A stretch of 64,000 bases of DNA, taken from contig CAWDSQ010000011.1 of the NCBI GenBank assembly GCA_963804955.1, forward strand, positions 94,399-158,398. The letters run 5' to 3'. Under the pieces are notes generated by a model that was not told the origin of the DNA, made no database searches, and saw nothing but the letters and a program-made list of their open reading frames with translations. Below, piece by piece: positions 18,429-32,137 of this stretch (position 1 is its first letter; each line of letters opens with the position of its first letter). The DNA comes from an uncultured delta proteobacterium (lineage in GTDB: Bacteria > Desulfobacterota > WTBG01 > CAIYCZ01 > CAIRTM01). Made by a program: the position numbers and the translations under genes.

Positions 18429-19268
18429 ATGAGACAAGAATATGAAAATGAAATTCGAAAACAACCAAAAATAAAAAGAATCCATAATAACTTTCGAATT
18501 GCTGAATATGAAGATGCATTCGGGTTACATAGGCAGTTGTTAACAGAGGCAAAAAATTTTCTCGCAACGGAAAGGAGAATCAAGAGCTGGCATAATGCGG
18601 CGATTGATTTGCTGTTTGTAAGGGCTTTCGATACTTTTAATTCAATACTACTGCTTTGCGAAAATGGTTACGGCACTGATGCGTTAATTTTATTAAGGTC
18701 TCTTTTTATTAATTATATATATTGCAAGTACATAATGACGGGTAACAAGGATGAGTTGGGTTTGCGCTTTATTAGATATGAAAAAGTTGTAGCAAAAAAA
18801 TTATATGCCGCTCCCGCTGAAGATAAAATGTATTATGAGCAGCATAAGGAGATTTTAGATTCCTACGATGATGAATACAAAAAATTCAACGATGATTATT
18901 CGTTTGGCGGAAAAAATGGAAAAAACAAAATTGATTTAAGGGAATGGACGGGAAAAACCCTGTGTGACCTTTCAATTTTCGTTGATGAAAAAGAATACTA
19001 TGATACGGTTTTTTTTGTGACCTCCGCATCCTCCCATGTGAATAGCTTTAGTGTAAGTCGTGCGCTAGATCCAGAAGCGAAAGATTATGAAACGGATGTT
19101 GGTGCGAGCGATAGAGAAGTTAACAAAGCATTATTTATATCAGAGGGTTTTTTTATTCACATTCTTGATTTTTGGGCAACAAGTTTTAATGTTAAATTCG
19201 ATGGAAATATATACATCGACAAACTTAAAGCAATCGGTGCAGTTTTAACTGCAAATAAAAAAACATGA
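18429..19268 (+). CDS. DUF5677-like protein (AT-rich)
   Basis: SILLLCENGY..DALILLRSLF, W.G and Y...S.SSH pattern. Confidence 0.65.
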   Translation: MRQEYENEIRKQPKIKRIHNNFRIAEYEDAFGLHRQLLTEAKNFLATERRIKSWHNAAIDLLFVRAFDTFNSILLLCENGYGTDALILLRSLFINYIYCKYIMTGNKDELGLRFIRYEKVVAKKLYAAPAEDKMYYEQHKEILDSYDDEYKKFNDDYSFGGKNGKNKIDLREWTGKTLCDLSIFVDEKEYYDTVFFVTSASSHVNSFSVSRALDPEAKDYETDVGASDREVNKALFISEGFFIHILDFWATSFNVKFDGNIYIDKLKAIGAVLTANKKT

Positions 19269-19699
19269 AACCAATAAATCTACTTGAAAATAATATTAAG
19301 CAGGGTGGGTGCAACCCACCAGTTCGTAGGATGCGCCGCGCGCACCATTGACGGTCGGGGTGTGGGATTTTGTGTTGATATGCCTTGGGTGTGCAAAACC
19401 GGGTTGTTGATGGGGTTTTATAATTTGATTGTTATGATTGAGTATGAAAAGGGGACAGCTGTTAATGCTCAGCTGGACAAGGGGTCAGGTCTACGTTTGA
19501 CTTATGAATGTGCGAGCCTGCAGGGCGGTTGTCGGGCGGTGGAAAATTCCGGGACGTAGATGCATTAGTAGAATTGCTTTAGCAGCAACCAGCGGATCGG
19601 GCCGCAATAAGAAGCTTTTCCAGAAACTCTGCATGTAATAGATACTGCCCCCTGATTCCGATCCCCATGCAAAGAAAAAACCACGATTGGAATTTGTGT

Positions 19700-19734
19700 T
19701 TGCGCTTTTGTGGGTTTAGACTATAATTATAGTC
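19700..19734 (+). promoter_or_regulatory. Sigma70 promoter with an operator palindrome over the -10 box
   Basis: TTGCGC-16-TATAAT; perfect GACTATAATTATAGTC at 19719-19734. Confidence 0.7.
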
Positions 19735-19762
19735 ACTTTGAAAGCGCAAAAGGAGTTTGCCC

Positions 19763-20035
19763 ATGACTAAAACAATTCCGCTTGCCGAGGCGAAAAAAAG
19801 CCTTTCGGCGATCATCAAAGATGTTGATGAAAAATATGACCGGTTTGCCATTACGAAAAACGGTGTCAGCAAAGCTGTTATCCTGAGCAGCGACGAGTTT
19901 GAGGGGCTTCTGGAAACCCTTGATATTCTTTCCTGCAAGGAAGAGCGGGAAGCCATTGGCAGGGCAAAGAAACAGGTGCGCTCGGGGCAGACCGTTTCTT
20001 TGCATGAGGTAAAAAGCAAATACGGTTTTAAATAA
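19763..20035 (+). CDS. Phd/YefM family antitoxin
   Basis: IPLAEAKKSLSAII...ITKNG...VILS.DEFEGLLETL. Confidence 0.9.
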   Translation: MTKTIPLAEAKKSLSAIIKDVDEKYDRFAITKNGVSKAVILSSDEFEGLLETLDILSCKEEREAIGRAKKQVRSGQTVSLHEVKSKYGFK

Positions 20036-20295
20036 TGCAGTACAGCATTGAGTTATCCCGCGAGGCTGCCGGCGATATTGACGAATTGCAGAGGGCTGAT
20101 AGAAAGCTGTGCGGTCGGATAATCAAAAAACTGACATCTCTTGAAGACAGCCCGCAGGCAGGCAAGCCGCTTGTCGGCAACCATGCTGGTGAATATTCCC
20201 TGCGAGTTGGCGATTACCGGATTGTATACGAAATTGACCGTAAGAAACATACGGTCTACATCCTTACCATAAAGCACAGAAGACATGTGTATTAG
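20035..20295 (+). CDS. RelE/ParE family toxin
   Basis: GKPLVG..YSLRVGDYRIVYEI...HRRHVY; TAATG coupling to the antitoxin. Confidence 0.9.
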   Translation: MQYSIELSREAAGDIDELQRADRKLCGRIIKKLTSLEDSPQAGKPLVGNHAGEYSLRVGDYRIVYEIDRKKHTVYILTIKHRRHVY

Positions 20296-20419
20296 CGGGG
20301 GTTGGGCTAAGCCTCGATCCTCTCCCCCTTGCGGGGGCGAGGAGGCATTTTGCTTAATTCGCATGCATTGCGATAAACCGCTGCCTTGCGTAAATTGAGC
20401 ATACAGGCAAGAGGGAATT

Positions 20420-21316
20420 ATGAAAAAACGCACTGGTTCGACGCTTAGTTTTTTTCCGGGGTTTGAGCCGTTCCGCATTGCAACGGCAGGCGCCGAGATC
20501 AATGGCGTGATCGGCGGCAGCGGGCCGCCGGTGCTCCTCATGCATGGCTGGCCGCAGTCCCATGTGGAATGGCATCGGGTGGCGCCGCTGCTGGCCCGCA
20601 ATTTTACCGTTATTGCCACTGATCTGCGGGGTTATGGCGACAGCAGCATTCCTGCCGACGGCGTCAACCATGAAGGGTATTCCAAGCGGGAAATGGCCCG
20701 TGATCAGATTGCGGTCATGCGCAGTCTGGGTTTTGAGCGTTTCGCTGTCGCCGGGCATGACCGCGGCGCGCGGGTCGGGCAGCGCATGGCAATTGACCAT
20801 CCGGCTGCAGTGAAAAGGCTTGCGCTGATAGATGTTGTTCCGACATACAAATTGTACACCCATCTGACAAAAGAATTTGCAACTGTGTACTACCACTGGT
20901 TTCTCCTGATCCAGCCTCCGCCGCTGCCGGAAACTCTTCTCGGGAACAGCGCAGAGTTTTTTCTGCGAAACTGGGCCTTTAGCGGCTTGATTCCCGGGGT
21001 GATCAGCGCTGAAGCTTTTGCCCACTATCTTCGCTGCTTCACAAATCCTGCGACGCTCCATGCCATGTGCGAGGATTACCGCGCCAGCGCAACGATTGAC
21101 CTGGAGCATGAAAAAAAGGAGTGCAAGAAGAAAATGCAATGCCCGGTTTTGGTGCTCTGGGGAGCTCAAGGCGCCATGGGCAGGCTCTATGATGTACAGG
21201 CTGAATGGCAGGCCCGGGCTCTCAGTGTGCGGGGCAGGGCATTTGATGGAGGGCACTGGCTGCCTGAGCAATTTCCGGGAGACGTAGCCGCTGAGCTCGC
21301 AGCTTTTTTTATGTAG
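20420..21316 (+). CDS. Alpha/beta hydrolase, haloacetate (fluoroacetate) dehalogenase-like
   Basis: HGWPQ, DLRGYG, GHDRGARV, YHWF, CEDYRA and GGHWLPE motifs. Confidence 0.85.
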   Translation: MKKRTGSTLSFFPGFEPFRIATAGAEINGVIGGSGPPVLLMHGWPQSHVEWHRVAPLLARNFTVIATDLRGYGDSSIPADGVNHEGYSKREMARDQIAVMRSLGFERFAVAGHDRGARVGQRMAIDHPAAVKRLALIDVVPTYKLYTHLTKEFATVYYHWFLLIQPPPLPETLLGNSAEFFLRNWAFSGLIPGVISAEAFAHYLRCFTNPATLHAMCEDYRASATIDLEHEKKECKKKMQCPVLVLWGAQGAMGRLYDVQAEWQARALSVRGRAFDGGHWLPEQFPGDVAAELAAFFM

Positions 21317-21356
21317 TGTGCAGGGTGTGCTTATCCGTATCCCTGTAGAAAAAAAT

Positions 21357-21391
21357 AACGGCGGCAAAGGGCATATCCTTTAGCCGCCGTT
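21357..21391. terminator. Hairpin terminator between convergent genes
   Basis: aacggcggc...gccgccgtt with an upstream A run. Confidence 0.65.
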
Positions 21392-21414
21392 ATGCATATC
21401 TATAGGTGCTGGGG

Positions 21415-24000
<2,586 letters not shown>

Positions 24001-24036
24001 GGGCTTTCCCCTGACTCCAGTGTTTTATTTTCTTAA

Positions 24037-24064
24037 ACTATAAGTACGACAGGCGGAAAGTCAA
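24037..24064 (-). promoter_or_regulatory. Sigma70-like promoter of clpB
   Basis: TTGACT-16-TATAGT on the minus strand. Confidence 0.5.
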
Positions 24065-24268
24065 TACGGCAGGAGAGATGCCGTCTTGTGATTGGGGCAT
24101 GAAGAGGAGAGGCCTCCAAGGCCTTTAAGTGTTTGAAAAAACTTTGCACATGAGCACAGGCAGCGCCTTGATTTTAAAGCCTGAACCTGCGGGTTTTCTG
24201 TCAACAAAAGCCTGAAAGGATGCTATATAAACCGGCAAACCGCTCTGCTATTCAGGAGGTACTACTCT

Positions 24269-25674
24269 ATGCGAAAAAGCCTTGTACTGGTTCTGCTCAT
24301 ATGCGCCTGCTGCGCTCACCGCCTGCCTTCCTCTGCCGGGCAAGTGCTTTCGGATGCTCTGCTTGTAGCGGGCGGATACGTACAAGGCCGGCTGGCCGCT
24401 ATCTCGAAGCGCTTTCCCTGTATCGCGACATTGCCATGAATCCCGCCTGGGCGGAGCGCGCGGGAGCGCCTCTGTACCTGAGCATGGCAGGTATGTACCG
24501 CGACTATCTTGGCGATACGGCCGAGGCGGATATCTGGTACAGCCGCTACCGGGCACATGCGCCGGAAGCTCCGGCTGCACCGGCCATTGATAAAAGGGTT
24601 CTCGCAGCCGATCAGCCCATGCCGGCCTGTATACGGATTCTTCTTGCCGACAGCTCAGACCAGGTGCGCATCGCCTCCGGCTCCCCTCTGAAGATTTCCA
24701 GCGGCAAGGCTGAAACCATCAGCGCTGGCCCGGCCATTGTCTGCTCCGCCGACCACAACGGCATTAGTGTGAATAATGGCGCACCGGTTCGACGGACCGG
24801 TCAGGGTAACTCCTGCCGATGGCCAGAGCGTTTCCATGGACGGAAAAGCCTACCGGGGGCTTCTCACGCTCTCGGCAGCACAGGGGCGCCTGCTTGTGGT
24901 CAATCATATTCCCCTTGAGGACTATCTCTGCGGCGTGCTGCCCCGGGAAATGGCGCCCTCCTGGCCGCTGGAGGCACTGAAGGCGCAGGCCGTGGCAGCG
25001 CGGACCTATGCCCTGTATCATATGCTGCTGCGGCGCGCTGATGCCTATGATGTGCTCTCCACCACCTCGTCGCAGGTGTATGGCGGCAGCGAAAAAGACT
25101 ATCCGGCGGTACGACAGTGCAGTGGAGGCAACCCGGGGGCTGGTGCTTGCCGAAGGCGGCAGGCTCGCCCTCACGCTTTTTCATGCCAACAGCGGCGGCA
25201 GGACCGAGTCGTTTGAAAATATCTGGGGCGGCAGGCTTGCCTATCTCAGCAGCGTTGAAGATCCGTTCAGCAAAAAACGTCCCCGGCGATGCGTGGGAAA
25301 AGACGCTGACGGCAGAGGAGATAACAGCGGCATGCGTGCAGTTCGGCATTGCCGCCGGAGCAGTACAAGAGATTGCGCCGGTGGAGCGCTCTGCATCAGG
25401 AAGAATACAAAAGCTGAAAGTAGTGACTGACAGCCAGACATTTTTTCTTTCGGGCAACAGCTTCAGGCTTATTGTCGGTCCGGGGAAGATAAAGGGAGCA
25501 AACTTCGAGGTGCGAAGCAGAAGGGGCAGTTTGTATTCAATGGCAACGGCTATGGCCACGGCGCAGGCATGAGCCAGTGGGGCGCCAATGCCATGGCAAA
25601 AAAAGGCTCTGACTATCGGGCCATTCTCGAATTGTATTATCCGGGAGCACACATAGTGCGGATTGCAGCAGTAG
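24269..25674 (+). CDS. SpoIID/LytB domain protein (several frameshifts; end approximate)
   Basis: [21 protein letters not shown]...[18 protein letters not shown] and [11 protein letters not shown]...YYPG in successive frames. Confidence 0.85.
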
Positions 25675-25766
25675 TTCATTTCCCCTTGTACAATAGCCAA
25701 AAAAAATAAAGCATACAAAAGTCCGACAAAGTCTTTTGCTCGTCATGCTAGCGGAAGCCGGCATCC

Positions 25767-25876
25767 AGGATTTGTTGGGTTCGCCCTTATGCCGGTACTT
25801 GTTCGTAAGCAATTGTTTTTGCGCAGGTTGGTTTGAGGCACGAAACTCAACGGTTTCTTCCGGGCTTAACCCAACC
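25767..25876 (-). repeat. REPIN/BIME-like element, copy 1 of 3
   Basis: Reverse complement of 38785-38895 and 54256-54357. Confidence 0.8.
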
Positions 25877-25926
25877 CAGAAATGGCTTTCCTGTACTATG
25901 CGAACATTATGATGAAACACCTGTTT

Positions 25927-26762
25927 TTAGCTGGCGCGCAGCTCCTGCCATACTTCCAGATAGTGTTTCAAATGCTCATTCTCCGGGCTTTCTGCTTTTT
26001 CCCTGAGCATGTCTTCAAGCTGCGCTTCTTCCGAAGAAAAATGTCCGTGGTCAGGTGTCCGGCCATCAGCGCGGCCCGCAGCCATACAAGATAGGTCGTG
26101 AGGGCATCGCATTCATTGTATTGAACGATGCGGCCAATGTCTCCCTTTATCCATAAATCGACAACATCCTGGCCATCGGTTCCGATCTTGCCCGGAATCC
26201 TGCACACCGTTGCCAGTTCATGCAGGCTGGGAGTAGCCCTGCCCCAGCCGCCGAACTCTTCCTTGAGGTCGATATTGTAATCGCTGCCGCGGGCGAAATA
26301 GTCAACTCCCTCCCATGGCTTTGCCGGGCGCCGGCAAAAGTCGGGCAGGCACAGGCTGTTGGCAAGCGAGCGCTGCATCAGAATGATAATGTCGGATGAC
26401 TGCGAGTTATACCCCACGAGCTGGGGTTTTGCTTTTCCGAGTGCCGACAGAAAACGAAAAATAATGTCGGCTTCGGTGGCCTCCATGGCATCCTGCATCG
26501 GCAAAGAATGAAGCTTGAGCGAAACCGAGCCGTCTTTGCCCTGCCTGCGGATCACCGACGCAATTGAAACAACCCGGCACAGCACGGTCTTCAGGTACGG
26601 CTGCGGGTCCTCCTCCGTGGCGCCTCCTTTCTCCCACATATGCCTGCGGACCTCATCGTCGCTGAGGGAAGCAGGCAGTCCATACACCCTGCGGCCGGAC
26701 TGGGGATCAGGCACCCACTCCACATCAAAGGCCCATACTTCCTGCGGCACGATTTTCAGCAT
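25927..26762 (-). CDS. PolB-related predicted 3'-5' exonuclease (frameshift near the C-terminus)
   Basis: FDVEW, QLVGYN...D, IPGK and YNECD (DEDD-type) motifs. Confidence 0.85.
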
Positions 26763-26911
26763 AGCTTCCCCTTTCTGTGGCTTAATTAATTGCTATCGGA
26801 ATCGACGGTCAATGCAGGGCAGTAACGTGAAAGCCGAGCAAACCCCTTACTGTCGCCGGAAAGAATACAGGGAAACACGGCGTTGTGTCAAGCCATGCGA
26901 CAGCATTAGAT

Positions 26912-27553
26912 CTAAAGCAGCATGTGCAGGAGATCTGCGGGTGAGCTTAAGGAAAAATCCCGGCTTTCGCGGCCAGTCCGGCTCCGTCGTGAAAGCCCCA
27001 CCCGGCAAAAGCGCTGTCGATGCCGCAGCGGCTTGCAAATTCAAGATCGATGGGGCTGTCGCCCACCATGAGACAGTCTTCCGGCGAAAACTCTTTACCC
27101 TGCCTGCGGTAGTGGGCGCAGATGCGGGTGAAGGCATCGGGGTCGGGCTTGGGTATGCCCTGGTCAAGGGAGGCGATGAAGTCGAAGTAGTCACGGATGC
27201 CGGCATTGCCGAGCGTGCGCAGGCTGCCTTCATAGGCCTTGTTGGTGGCAATGGCAAGCGGCACTTTGCCGCGCAGCTGCTCCAGAAGCTCGGGCACGCC
27301 GGGGAAGGCAAGCTCCATGTGCGTGTATTTGTGATAATGCTTTCTGTAGGCTGCGCGAGCAGCCTCTATATCCTGCAATGCCCAGTTCACGCAGGATATC
27401 GCTCATGGGAAGACCTATGTGAACGGGCCTTTGCGCAAGCTGCTCCTGCGTGAGCCCCATTTCACGGGCCATGTCGGCCATGGCAGCCATGATGGAGGCC
27501 TTGCTGTCTACCAGCGTGCCGTCGAGATCAAAAATGATGAGCTTATAGTTCAT
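26912..27553 (-). CDS. HAD family hydrolase, phosphoglycolate-phosphatase-like (frameshifted)
   Basis: FDLDGTLVDS, ATNK, KPDP and VGDSPID motifs in two frames. Confidence 0.85.
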
Positions 27554-27571
27554 CGTTCACCGCAGTGAAAA

Positions 27572-27610
27572 AAACCGGGCATGCGCCTTTTTACGACTCA
27601 TGCCCGGTTT
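27572..27610 (-). terminator. Terminator after the FadL-like gene
   Basis: aaaccgggcatg...catgcccggttt with a T run on the minus strand. Confidence 0.6.
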
Positions 27611-27640
27611 AATCCAAAATCTAAATTTCAAAATCAAAAA

Positions 27641-28884
27641 TTAGAACTTATACCCTACGCCGAAGCCGACAATATGCGTTATGCCCTCATGCGCACGGCC
27701 CTTCAGCACGCCGTCTGCAGGACGGGCATTGTAGCTCCAGTTTTCGCCGACGAGATAGGTGTAGGAGAGGTCAAGGGTCCAGGCGCGCCACTTGAAGCCC
27801 GTGCCGATGCAGTACAGCTGGCGGTCATTGGACGGAACGAGATAGTCCTGCGTTTTTCGCGGAATCGGGCCATTATCATACACATATCCGATGCGCAGGT
27901 CGCACCAGTCCGTGACGCCATACTCAACACCCACCTGCCAGCGCCATACATCGTTCCAGTCCTTGGCTTTGGTCACACGGCCCATGCCGGCAACATTGTT
28001 GTCAAATTGTATGCTCATCTGGTCAAAGCTGCTCCAGCGGGTGTACACGGCGCTGAATTCGATGCTCAGGTTGCGCAGCAGCTGGAAGTTGACGCCCATC
28101 ATCAGCTCATCGGGCAGCGTCACATGGGAGTCGATCGCGCCATCGCGGAAAAGCCCGCTGGAGCTGGCCCAGCCGGGCTGAATAAAGTCGGAGCGGCCGC
28201 TGAGGTTGACGCGTATCTTGCTGCGGTAGGAGAGGCCGAGCTTCAGCCAGTCCAGCGCCTTGTAGTGCACGCCGAAATTATACCCAACGCCGTAGCCGTT
28301 GCCGGTAAGGCTTGTGTCATAGCCGAAAATAGGCGCCTTGGACTCAAGCTTCAGGTCCATGCGGGCAAGGCTCACGCCTGCCGAGAGCGACAGCTTGTCA
28401 TCCACCTTCCAGGCTATGTTCGGGATTGAACTCCAACCACGCGCACAAAGGCATTGTAGCTGTTGGTAGCGCCGGGCCAGTCTTCTTCAAACTCCGTTCC
28501 GAGACCGAAGCGGGCAAAAAATCCCGCGCCCAGCCACAGGCGGTCATTGAGCTGATAGGTGAGATAGGCATAGGGCGGCGCGAAATAGTTCCACTTCAGC
28601 TTGGAGTCATCGCTGCGGCCGAACCGTTCGGTGGTCATATGGGTTGACGGCATGATGATGGAAACGCCCATTGCCGTCTGCGTGCCCGGCAGCTGCGTGA
28701 TGCCGGCGGGGTTGAAAAATACCGCCCCGGGATCATCGGCCTTGGCGATTACCGATCCGCCAAGAGCATTGGCGCGCACGCTGCCTTCATACAGCGCAAA
28801 TCCTCCGGCGAATGCCGGCCCGTTCAGTACAAGCAGGCTCAAGCAGACAAGTAAAACGGTACAGCTGTATCCTTTTTTTCTCAT
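27641..28884 (-). CDS. OmpP1/FadL family outer-membrane transporter (frameshift near 28420)
   Basis: AGGFALYEGS, NPAGIT and FGLGTEF motifs; C-terminal YKF. Confidence 0.9.
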
Positions 28885-29019
28885 CCTCCATCCTCCTGTG
28901 TCGTGTGTTGTTGGCGGGTATATGATATGCGGGAATGGACAGGAACATATCCTATTTTATAGAAATGGGCAATAAGAAATCAGCAGTGGCAGTGATTAAT
29001 GCGGGGCGCGGGATGCTGC

Positions 29020-30621
29020 TTACCGGCTTTTTTTGACCAACAGGCCTGTCAGCCTGCGCCGCAGCGGCGCCAGCTCCTGTATGCCCGCAACACTGAGGGC
29101 TGCCCCATAGAAAAGCCCGCCTGCCGCAATGGCTGCAAAAAGGCCAACTGCTGCACCCACTGCGCCGGTGCCGGCCCAGCCTGAGCAGAGGCGGTTGACG
29201 CCATAGGCTACAATGCCCATGCACAGCGACACGGGCAGAATCCTTGCCAGGCTTCCGCGCTATGCGCCTGATGTCATAGCCCTGCGACCTGACGGTACAG
29301 CATGAAGCTGAGCAAGGAAAAATTGGCCATCATGCACAGTGAGGTTGACAGCGCGATGGCCCTGTGCTGGAAGGGCCCCAGGAATGTCAGGACAAAACAG
29401 ATGTTCAGCGCCACGGTAATAAAAGAGGCGACGACGGGGAACCTGGTTTTGTTGAGCGCATAAAAGACCGGCACCACGATCTTCTGGGCTGCATAGGCAA
29501 ACAGACCAATGGCATACAATGCAAGGGCGCCTGCAGTTTGTGCCGTGTCGGCGGCGGTGAAGCGGCCGTGCTGATAGATGACGCGTATAATGGGTTCGGC
29601 GAGCACGATGAGGCCCACCGTGGCAGGGATTGAAAATACGAAAGACAGAATGGTTGAGGAGACATAGGCCTGCCGCAGGCCCTGTATATCGCCCTGAGCG
29701 GCATAACGCGAGACCACCGGCATGGTCGCAATTGAGAGAGAAACGCCCACCAGGCCGATGGGAAACATCATGATGCGGAAAGCGTAGCTGAGCCACGAAA
29801 CGCTGCCTTCGGCACAGCTTGCTGCAAAAAATGTATTTATAAATATATTGACCTCAACTGCGGCAAGGCCGATAACCGCCGGCAGCATCAGCTTGCCGAC
29901 CCGAACAAGGCCGGGATCGGTGAAATCAAGTACCGGCCGGTAGCGGAAACCCTTCCCTGCGCAGTGACGGCCTTTGAACCCACAGCTGCAAAAAGCCGCC
30001 CACCAGCACGCCGAGTGCCATGCCGACAATCGGATGAAGCCCCACCAGCGGCATGCAGAAGCTGAGCAGTATGCCTGAGGCAATGGATCCGAGGTTGAAA
30101 AAACTCGAGGCCATAGCCGGCATGAAAAAACGGCCGAAGCTGTTGAGCATGCCCATGGCTATGGCCGACAGGCTTACCAGCAGCAGAAACGGAAACATGA
30201 TCCATGTCATGAAGGTCGTCAGCTCGATTTTGCCGGCAACTTTGGCAAAATCAGGGCTCATGATGCGCACGATAAAACCGGAGGAAAACATGCCGATAAG
30301 CGACAGCCCACCCACAATCACCAGCGCAGCAGTAATAACCGTGTTTGCGAGCCGCCAGGTATTCTCCGGGCCTTTTTTTGTCCGGTAGTCGGTGAATACG
30401 GTCACAAAGGCAGAGCTGAGCGCACCCTCGGCAAACAGATCCCGCAGAAGGTTGGGTATGCGATAGGCCACCACGAAGGCATCGAAGGCGAACCCGGCGC
30501 CGAAAAAAGCCGCAAAAACCTGCTCGCGGACAAGCCCCAGAATGCGGCTTGCAAAAACGGCGATGCCCACCGTTCCTGCTGAACGGGCTATGGTAGTGGT
30601 CTGCGAAGGGTCTGCGCTCAT
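29020..30621 (-). CDS. murJ: Lipid II flippase MurJ (two frameshifts)
   Basis: SRILGLVRE, RIPNLLRDLFAEGALS, LSYAFRIMMFPIG and FYAL motifs. Confidence 0.93.
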
Positions 30622-30862
30622 GGGCAAGTCCTGGATGAAAATTCAATCGATCATGCCACAGCAGCGCTTTTGAAGACAAGCAAATAATTGACAGACGCTG
30701 GTGCCGGCGCCGCATCCGGTTGCCGGGAGGTTATTGGCATGGCAGGGATTGCTATCATTTCTTTTAACTGTTCTGCATACAGGCTTGCGGGCAAAATACG
30801 GTCGGCCGCTTGCGGCAGCACAGTCTGCATAACCATACGCGCCGCATACACAAAGGCGGGCA

Positions 30863-32128
30863 TTAAAAATTTTCTGCTTTTTCATCTGCCGGCCTGACAC
30901 GCGCAAGCAGCAGCCCGCCAACGATAAAGAGCAGGCCAAGAGATGCTATGCCAAGCCTCGGGCTGCCGGTTGCATAGGAGGTAATGCCGACCAGGGCCGG
31001 GCCCAGGATGGTCGAGCTTTTTCCGATCATATTGTAAAAACCGAAAAACTGCCCGCAGCGGTCCTGAGGAACCAATCCTGCAAACAGGGAGCGGCTCAGC
31101 GACTGGACGCCGCCCTGCACCAGCCCCACCATAACGGCAAGCATATAGAATTCTTTTGTATCCTGAATAAGCATGCCCCAGAGCACGATGAACCCGTACA
31201 GCGCTATGCCCAGCAGAATGCTGCGCCGGGCGCCCCAGCGCCGGCCGAGATACCCGAACAGAATAGCGCAGGGAAAACCGACAAACTGCGTAATGAGCAG
31301 CGCCAGGATGAGGTCCCGGGATGCAAAGCCCAGCGACAGCCCGTAATCAACTGCCATGCGGATAACGCTGTTGACGCCTTCGATATAAAACCAGTAGGCA
31401 AGCAGGAACAGCCAGACCGGCTTCATCTGCCGCACCTGCCTGAATGTTTCCCGCAGCTGGGTAAGGCCGGCACGGTATGCCGCAGCCGGCTTCAGGAATG
31501 CGGCTCTTCCTTCCGGCACATACACAAGCAGGGGCAGGGTAAAAACAGCCCACCAGAGAGCTGCTGCCAGAAAAGATGCTCTGACCACCTCCTCCGGCTG
31601 CATGCCCAGAAGAGCAGGGTACATCGTTGCCAGAACGCACAGGGCAAACACCACTCCGCCGGCCAGGTATCCGAGCGAGTAGCCAAGCGCCGATACGCTG
31701 TGCATGCGGTCTTTGCCGGCAACAGAGGGGAGCAATGCGTCATAGAAGATGTTGGAGGCTTCGAAAGCTGCGCAGCCTGCCGCGTAGAGCACAACCGCCA
31801 GCGGCCACAGGCCCTTGCCTGTCGCGCACAGCAGGGCGGTTGCGGCGCAGCCGGCAAAGGTAAAAAGCCCCAGCAGGCGTTTTTTGTATGAGCCCCCGTC
31901 AGCTATGGCGCCCAGCAGCGGAGCCAGCAGCGCCACGGCAAGTCCGGCTGCTGCGTTTGTCAGGCCGAGCCGGGCTGTGGAAACAGTTACATCGACACCT
32001 GCGCTCCAGAAGGACTTGAAGAATACCGGGAAAAAGCCTGCCATGACAACCGTGGCAAACGCGCTGTTGCCCGCATCATAGAGCGCCCAGGCCCAGACGG
32101 ATTTTTTGTTTTCAGGCATATGCGCCAT
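30863..32128 (-). CDS. MFS transporter, UMF1/ATG22-like
   Basis: WALYDAGNSAF, FYDALLP, QSLSRS and FFGFY motifs. Confidence 0.9.
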   Translation of the reverse strand: MAHMPENKKSVWAWALYDAGNSAFATVVMAGFFPVFFKSFWSAGVDVTVSTARLGLTNAAAGLAVALLAPLLGAIADGGSYKKRLLGLFTFAGCAATALLCATGKGLWPLAVVLYAAGCAAFEASNIFYDALLPSVAGKDRMHSVSALGYSLGYLAGGVVFALCVLATMYPALLGMQPEEVVRASFLAAALWWAVFTLPLLVYVPEGRAAFLKPAAAYRAGLTQLRETFRQVRQMKPVWLFLLAYWFYIEGVNSVIRMAVDYGLSLGFASRDLILALLITQFVGFPCAILFGYLGRRWGARRSILLGIALYGFIVLWGMLIQDTKEFYMLAVMVGLVQGGVQSLSRSLFAGLVPQDRCGQFFGFYNMIGKSSTILGPALVGITSYATGSPRLGIASLGLLFIVGGLLLARVRPADEKAENF

Positions 32129-32137
32129 ACACGTGTT

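Noticed and set aside
13270..21316. Classical integron with attC sites
   Set aside because: No intI gene, and I could not find consistent RYYYAAC...GTTRRRY boxes after the genes; kept only as a cassette-like hypothesis.
29020..30621. murJ as a true pseudogene or programmed frameshift
   Set aside because: It is an essential gene with intact motifs, and window-wide indels indicate assembly error.
30643..30939. Short ORFs between the MFS gene and murJ
   Set aside because: No recognisable motif or RBS; overlapping alternatives are equally weak.
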